A DNA stretch of 64,000 nt from Giardia intestinalis (Eukaryota): NCBI GenBank assembly GCA_000002435.2, contig CM018791.1; one strand, written 5' to 3'. Made by a program: the position numbers and the translations under genes. Each line of letters begins with the position of its first letter. Within the stretch, counting starts at the first letter, position 1. This document shows positions 38,601 through 47,600 of this stretch, in pieces. Below the pieces are notes generated by a model that was not told the DNA's origin, searched no databases, and saw nothing but the letters and a program-made list of their open reading frames with translations.

Positions 38601-41600
38601 CCTTGGATCTTTCGCGGTACACCCAGCAGATTAACGAGATCGTTGTTGGCGCGCGGAAGGAGCTCTCTATTGAAAAGGGCCTCGCAGACATCGCGGAGGT
38701 CTGGACAAAAACCCGAATGCCTGTCAAACGCTATGAGAATGCAAAGGGCCAAGACAGAGGCTTTATCCTCAAAGCGCTCGATGACATCTTACTTATAATA
38801 GAAGATAACTCCCTCAACCTCCAGTCCATGTCTGCATCGAAATATGTAGCACACTTCTCCAACGACGTACGCCTCTGGGAGAAGCGCCTCTCCATCATCT
38901 CGGATGTTCTTGAGGCATGGATAATATGCCAGCGACAGTGGCTTTATCTTGAAGGGATTTTCAGTGGATCTGAGGACCTGAAGGTGCAGCTCCCAGAAGA
39001 AGCCAATCGGTTTGAGCGAATAGATAACTCATACCTTAAGCTCATGTCTGAAATAGGCAAAACCAATACCTCGGTTCTTGACGCTGCGCAGGCCAATGGA
39101 CGATTGGCCCTTCTCAAGTCTCTCATAGCACAGATGGAGACGTGCCAGAAGGCTCTGACAGATTATCTGAACTCAAAGCGCTCTCTCTTCACTCGGTTCT
39201 ACTTTATTTCAGACGACGAGCTCCTCTTCCTACTCGGCAACAGCTCCGACCCGGCGCAGGTGCAGACGCATCTACGGAAGATGTTCGAGGGCGTCCAGAC
39301 CTTCCAATTCCAGCGCGGAGGCACCAACACAGTCATTGCGGTGAACTCTCCAGAGGGTGAGTATCTGCCACTCAATCAAGCTGTTAGAATAGATTCGGCG
39401 ACCATGCCTATTGAGACCTGGATGACGGCCATCGACAACGAGATCAAGAACAGCATGAAACTGCACATCAAGACGGGGATCTTTGACTTTGGAAATAATT
39501 ACAATTGCCAGACCCGAGTAGAGTGGGTCAAAAAGCACTATGGTCAGGTATCTCTTGTAGCCAGCATGATCTGGTGGGTGTTTGATGCTGAGTCTGCCTT
39601 CAAGGATTTGGAGGCGGGTGAAAACATGGGTGCAATGAAGGCCACCGCGTCCAGGTATTCCCAACAGATAGAGAATCTTGTTCTAGAGATACGCAAAAAC
39701 CTCTCTAAGCACGACAGACTTAAGATCAACACGCTGATCATCGAAGATATGCACAATCGGGACCTCCTTGATAGATTTGTCAGAGATAGCATAATAAGCG
39801 CAAGCAGCTTTGACTGGGAAAGCCAGCTACGCTTCTACTGGGACAGAATCCAGGACACTATTCTTGTGAAGCAGAGTTCAAATAGCCCGATCATCTACTC
39901 GTACGAATATCTCGGGTTGACCACTCGCCTTGTTTTGACGCCGCTCACCGACCGATGCATCATCACCATAAACACGGCGCTCTCAAACTTCCTTGGCGGG
40001 GCGCCCGCTGGCCCGGCCGGCACAGGAAAGACGGAGTCGGTCAAGGACTTAGCCAAGCAACTAGGAATATTCTGTCTGATTTTGAATTGCTCGGAAGGCA
40101 TGGACTATAAGTCATTTGGTAGCATACTCTCTGGTATCTCTGAGTCGGGGGTGTGGCTTTGCTGCGATGAATTCAATCGCATTGATGCCCCGGTCCTCTC
40201 GGTTATCAGTGGACAGATTAAGATCATCCAGGTCGGGCTGATGGCCATGGCAAAGGCGATGAATAGCGGAGAAACCAGTGGTCCAAACGTCGGCAGAATC
40301 CATCTAGAAGGGCGAGAGATCGACCTGAAGCCTACATCGTCCATATTCATCACCATGAACCCAGGGTATGCAGGCCGTACAGAGCTGCCGGATAACCTAA
40401 AGGCACTCTTCAGGCCGATCATCATGACAAAGCCAGACAATGCTATTATCGCAGAAGTTATGTTTCTTGCTGAAGGCTTTCTCCAGAGTCGTGTTTTGAG
40501 CAAAAAGATGACTGTGCTATATCAGCTTGCCAGTGAGCAATTATCGAAGCAATACCACTATGATTTTGGCCTGCGTGCGCTGAAGTCTGTTCTGGTGAAT
40601 GCAGGAAAACTAAAGCGGTCTGACCCTGATGCTAATGAAGAGCTTCTGCTAATGAGAGCTCTGCGTGATATGAATCTACCGAAGTTCGTCTTCGAAGACG
40701 TTCCTCTTTTCATGGGTCTTATTAACGATCTCTGCCCAAACATCAAGCTCGAGGCAGGAGAGACGTCTGGCTCAGAGAGTGGTAAGAGCTCTCTCACCCA
40801 GATTTACACCCCTGAGCAAGAGCAAGCGCTTCTTGAGCGAGGACCTGCGACAATACGAGAGGCTGCCTACTTGAGCCTCAAAGAAAGTGGCTACGAGCTT
40901 CTTCCCAACCAGCTCTTAAAGGTTGAGCAGACATATGAAACAATGCAGGCTCGGCACTCGGTGATGATTGTAGGTCCCTCACAAGGTGGTAAGTCGGTTA
41001 TTTTGAATACCTTTGCAGCTGCAAATACAAAGCTCGGATGCAAGACAGTCTTCACCACGATCAATCCTAAGGCAATTCCCGTTTCTGAGGTCTATGGTGT
41101 CCTCAATCCAGACACCAGAGAGTGGATTGACGGTTTACTAAGCAAGATTTTCCGGAATATCAACGATCCTAGTTTCTACCTCACAAATCCCATGATTGCA
41201 AACGCTGTAGCCACAAATCCTAGTTCTATCCTCGTGCCAATTCTCTTCGATGGTGATGTTGACGCTATATGGATAGAGTCGATGAACTCCGTCATGGACG
41301 ACTCCAAGCTCTTGACACTGCCCAACTCTGAACGTATAAGGCTCCAGGACTGGTGTAAGCTCCTTTTCGAGGTCTCCGATCTCCAGTATGCCTCGCCAGC
41401 CACTGTGTCTCGGTGCGGAATGGTGTGGGTCGATACAAAGAATCTAGGCTACGAGCCGCGCTTTAAACGCTGGATTCGTGAACGCTTTGATAACTCATTG
41501 AGTCGCCGAAGCCTTGACGACACAGGCTCTCAACCTAACAGGGCAAAAGATTCTGTGCCAGATGTCGATACAAGCTCTCAGGAGGAGGCCAAGCAGCTTA

Positions 41601-44600
41601 TAATGAGCTTGTATGAGAAGTATATTCCTCCACTTATTGACTACGTCCTCAACGGCGTGAAGCTGAACTCGAGCACTGGACAGATAGAGGTGGTCTCCCC
41701 ATTGCGCCTTATTTATGCCACATCTGATATTAGCATGGTATCGCAATTTTGCAACATCTTCGATGACATAGTCAAGAAGGCTGAGCAATGCAAGCACGAC
41801 GAAATTCTTTACTCAAAGTCAGCAGCAGAGGAGGAAGACCCGTTGGTCAACAAGCCTGGTGATAAAGGCGATTCTTCTCAGCCTTTCCGCTTTGCAGATC
41901 TTAATGATCCAATGACTCTTGAGGCTCTGTTCATCTTTACCCTTGTTTGGTCTATTGGTGGCCTTATACATGACCAGGACCGGACAAATTTCGACCTGTA
42001 CCTCCGCGAGCTCTCTGGGCTACCGCTTAAGTCTGGAATCAGCGTTGCAGAGACCGTCTCATCATCCCACCTCCCGGGCGGAATGATAACAGCGAGTGGT
42101 GGGTCTACCCTCGGGGCACAACAGACGTCAACCCTTTATGATTTCTACTTTGACTTGAAACGCAACTACTGGTGTCCGTGGAGCCAGTTTGTTAAGCCTT
42201 ACACCCCGCCGAGCGACGGGAGGTTCAGTTCTATCATTGTCGCCACGCTTGACACCGTTAGAAATTCATGGCTTCTCGACACCATGATGAGAAATGATCG
42301 CAACGTGCTTTTCATTGGTGAGTCAGGTAACGCTAAGACGACGATTGCGAAATCCTTCCTCAACTCTCTTTCTCCCGATCACTACATCACCCTAGGACTC
42401 AACTTTAGCTCCCGGACGATGTCTATCGACATTCAGGTCGCCCTTGAGGACAACCTTGACAGGCGGTCGAAAGACACGCTAGGCCCACCCGGAGGCCGCA
42501 AAATGATTCTCTTCACAGATGAGCTGTCTATGCCCGTGGTGGATACCTATGGGACTATGCAGTCTATCGCTGCCCTGAAGCTGCTTGTAGAGAAGAAGGG
42601 TCTTTTTGACAGAAATCCCAAGTCTCTGATGTGGAGGAAGATCTTGGATGTCTATATTCTTGGCTGCCTGAAGCCAGTGGGTGGATCGAGCAATAAGCTT
42701 GACCCGCGCTTTGTGTCCAACTTCTCGGTCCTCAACATATCTACACCTATTGAAGACAGTCTGAATCATATATATAATTCTATTCTCGTTACCCACATGA
42801 AGGATTGCAATTACCAATTCGATAGCTCAGGAGACCCAGAGAACAATCTCAGGCACATAACCACCATCTCAAAGAAAATCACAGCGGCAACTCTCAGTGT
42901 ATACAACACAATTCTTCATACTCTGAGTCCAACGCCCTCGCGCTTTCACTACTTATTTAACCTGCGCGATCTGAGCAGGGTTTACGAAGGCCTCTGTATG
43001 GCTCTCCCGGAAAAGTTTCCTACCTTTGCATCCCTGGTCAAGCTGTGGAAGAATGAGTTCATGCGTGTATTTGCCGATCGACTGATCTGTCCAGAGGACC
43101 ATGCTGTGGTGTCTCAGCAACTTACAACGAAGATAGCCGAGTTCTTTGGAGATGTAGAGGGCATTGAAAGCGTTGCAAAGGAGCCCTTAATTTACGGCGA
43201 CTTCCGCGAGTTGCCTCTGCTGCTAGACAACTACGAGGCAGTCAAGATGGGCGTTGACCCGGAGAACAAATGCTTCAGGATGTATGAAGAGCTGATTGAA
43301 GGAAATCCGATTCAGCGTGATGCAGACCCTGCTGTACCAGATGAGGCAGACCAGGGTGCTACTGTGGTGGATAATATAGAGGAACGAGAAGAAGGGGACG
43401 GCGAGGAAGACCTCAATGAGGATGGCACGGTCAATTTGAATAGCATGGCCACTTCAGTCGTCGATACAGCTCCCAAAAAGGAGGCTAGTGCAGAGGATGA
43501 CCCATACCGCCTTGTGCGTCAGCTCGGCCAAATGGGTTTAGAAGCATACAATCGTTTTATGCGGCCTCCCCTTGTGGGCATCGTGCTCTTTGACGACGCC
43601 CTCTCTCACTTGGTTAAGCTACACCGCATGCTGCGTACTCCTCGGGGCTCAATGCTTCTTGTTGGTTATGGAGGATCTGGAAGACGCTCCCTCACTAAGC
43701 TTGCTGCGTTCATGTGTGGCTACGGGATATTTGAGATTACACTAAGCCGCTCCTATGGTGAAAATGAATTTAAAGAGGATCTCAAAGAGATATATCGTCG
43801 CTTAGCGCCTCCGAAGAATAAGGACCAACAGATTGTCTTCTTGTTCACCGATCAGCATGTTGCAGAGGAGAGCTTTTTAGAGTACATCAACTCAATTCTA
43901 ACGACAGGCTCAGTTCCAGCGTTGTTCTCGGATGATGAGCGCGATGCATTCATAAACCAAGTGCGGGCAGACGCCCTAAGCAACGGGTGCCCCGACACGC
44001 GTGACTCGTTATGGTCATATTTCGTCAACTCTTGCCGTGACCGTCTCCACGTCGTTCTTTCCATGAACCCTGTTGGAAACACGCTACGTGTGCGCTGTAG
44101 GAACTTCCCTGGCCTCGTGAGTTCCTGCGTCATAGACTGGTTCAGCGCGTGGAACGACGATGCGCTCCGATCGGTTGCTCGCTATGCTCTTGAACTGTCA
44201 GATCATCAGAAGCTGGAAATAGTAGAGAACAGCGTCTTTGTGTCTGGGAACGATCCTCAAGGAGAGGACATTCTAAACAACAAGGAGAGACTCGCTGACC
44301 TGAAAAAGAAACTGCTGAATAACATAATAGAAACATGCATCATGTTCCACAACCACACAGTCAACCTTTCAGAGACCTATTGGGCCCGTATACGTCGCCG
44401 TAATTTCGTAACACCTCGGAACTTTGTTGACTTTCTTACGAGTTATTTGTCGCTGCTACAAAAGCTGCGACAGGACTGTGATGGTGACATCAATCGGTTT
44501 TCACAGGGTCTGCAGAAACTATCCCAGGCTGAGTCTGAGGTTACTGAACTCCAGACAACGTTAAACGAACAGTCTGTTATTCTGGAAGAGAAGACAAAGG

Positions 44601-47600
44601 CGTGCAATGAAATGGTCGCTGCTATTGAGAAGCAGTCTGTGGAGACAGCTAAGCTCCAGAAGGAAGCGGCTGAGACAGAAAAGGAACTGAAGATTCAAGA
44701 GCAGGAAATCACTGTCGAGAAGGGAGAGGCAGAGGAGCAGCTGGCAGCCGCAATACCTGCACTAGAGGCTGCTGAGGAAGCACTCAATAACTTGGATCCG
44801 TTAGCAATTGCAGAAATCAGGGCTTTCACCAACCCACCCAACGCAGTCCGTCAGATCTCGGAGTGTGTTGTTGTTTTCATGAAGCAGGACACAGACCCCA
44901 ACTGGCAGAAAGCCAAGAGCCTTATGAGCGGTAATTTTATCTCTGACCTCAAAACCTTCGACAAATCTCTTTTGCGTGACAAGACAGTGAAGTATGTAGA
45001 GACCAAGTACCTCAGCAAGAAGGACTTTGGGCGCGAGGTTATCGAAAAGGTGTCAAAGGCAGGCCTCTGCCTCTATGACTGGGTTACAGCCATGGTCAAG
45101 TACTACGCTGTAGCGAAAGATGTGGAACCTAAGAAGAAGCGGGTTGCTAAGCTTGAGGAGCAACTTGAACAGAGCTCCAAGGACCTAGCCCAGCTTCAAA
45201 GCAAGATCTTATCATTAGAGGAAGACTCCAAACGCCTACGCGATCAGTTGCAGGCTGCACAAAATGAGCAACAGGAGTTGGCAGATAGCGCTGCCCTTAT
45301 GGCCAAGCGACTCGATGCTGCTAAGCGGCTCATTGCTGGGCTGGGCACTGAGAAGGTACGATGGGGCCAAGCTGCAGACAAACTCCGGGAAAACCGGAGA
45401 AAACTCGTGGGCGACTGCCTTGTTGCAGCAGCCAATTTGTCCTACTCTGGTAGCTTCACCTACGAATATCGATTGAAACTTGTCTATGAACACTGGTGTT
45501 TAGAAGTTGTTGATAAGCACATTCCATCGTCCATCGAAGTAACAGAGACATATGAGATCGATCAGGAGACTCAGCAGCAGACTAAGAAACGTTTGGTCAA
45601 CCGGTCCTACAAGCCAGAGCTCTTACTGACTACAGATGTGGAGATCCTGAAGTGGAATAGTGACGGTCTTCCAAGCGATGACCTATCTGTACAAAATGGT
45701 GTGCTAATAACGCGAACACCAAAGTGGCCGTACGTTGTCGACCCACAGCTTCAGGTTAACAGGTGGATAAAGGAAAAGGAGAAGGGGTCGAAGCTCATTG
45801 TTCGGTCTGTTAATGACGACGACGTTGTAAAGCAACTGGAGCTAGCAATTACCTATGGGTCTCCTTTCCTTCTGGAGAACTGTGCAGAGCAGCTGGATCC
45901 GATTCTAACCCCAATTCTTGAGAAGGACATACGCGACTCTTCTGGTCGGAAGTACATCATTCTGGGCGACAAGGAGGTTGACTATGACATGAACTTCAGG
46001 CTATTCATGACGACAAAGCTTCCCAACCCGTCTCTCTCTCCCGACATGTTCGGTCTAGTCACGGTGGTGAATCACCTTGTCACCGAGTCCGGTCTCGAGA
46101 GTCAGCTTCTGAACGCAGTTGTTCGCCGAGAGAGGCCAGACCTGGAATCAAAGCGAATGAACCTTGTTAAGAACATGTCACAGGCCAACTCCTTGCTGAA
46201 GTCTCTTGAGGAAACGCTTCTCAGAGAGCTTTCTTCGGCAACAGGCGTTATAGTTGACAACACAAGCCTCATCCAAACCTTGGAGGAGACAAAGAGCAAA
46301 GCAACAGAGCTTCAGGCTAACTTGGAGGTTATGACTGTCACTGCAGAGGAGATCAACGTAGCACGCAACCAGTACTCTGCGGCTGCCTTGCGCGGAACAT
46401 GCTGCTTCTTCGTTATGTATGGTTTGGGTACGATCAGCGCCATGTACCAGTACTCTCTTCAGGCATTCAACGATATTTTCTCAAAATCCTTGGCAGAAGC
46501 CCAGACAGACCCGGTAGTGGAGGTGCGGTTAAACTACATTATTGACAAGCTCACTGAAAATGTCTATTCCTATGTCACTACCTCTCTTTTTGAACGGCAC
46601 AAGCTCATGTTCAGCTTCCAATTGTGTACGAGCATCATTACCACTGAGTATCCTCCAGATACTATTCCAAGTGCGGAGCTCTCGTTCTTCATTAAGGGGG
46701 ACATAAGTTTGGATCAGTGTACCGTTGTGTGCAATCACCAATGGATAAGTGCAAGTGGCTGGAAAGACCTGGTGAAGCTTCAGAGTATCTTCAGCTCCCT
46801 GCAGATCGACCAAAGCCGTGAGGAGACATTCATAGGAACAGTGAAGGCAAGGAGAAACGACATCTTAGATAATGAACTAAGCAAGAAGTACCCTACCAAG
46901 ACCTGTGATATCTTCAAGGATCTGCTAGAGAACATCAACAAAACCAATGCGAATGAGTGGAAGGCATACTGGGAGGACGACAGACCGGAGCTTCTGCCGC
47001 TCCCAGGAGTTTATAGTGACAACCCTTTCATAACAGATCTGCAGAAGCTATGTATTCTTCGCTGCCTGAGACCAGATCGTGTGTATATTGCGGTGCAGCT
47101 CTTTGTTGCCAGCGTCCTCGGTGAGAAGTTCGTGAGCCCACCAATCACTATCTATGAGAACATCTATGCACAATCCAGTAGGTCAACACCCATGTTATTT
47201 ATCTTGTCGCCTGGATCAGATCCCATCATCGAGATAACTAAGCTGGCACAAAAGCAAGACTTTTACGGATCCCGCTTTAAGTTTGTGGCGCTCGGACAGG
47301 GCCAGAGCCCTGTGGCAGAGGCATATCTTAAGCAAGCCATCTCCCGGGGCCACTGGGTACTTTTGATGAATTGTCACCTGCTTCCCAAATGGCTCAAAAC
47401 CCTTGAGAAGATTCTGGAAGGACCCATGAATGCAGAGCAGGTCATTCAGATGCAGAATCAGATATTTGAGGCAGCGAAGCTGGAGTCCGAGAACACTGGA
47501 CAACCGATTCCTCAGGAGCTAATAGACAATCAAGTTGTCAATCAAATTAACAAGCAGGTTAACCCCGATTTTCGCATCTTCCTCACCACGGAGCCTACAA

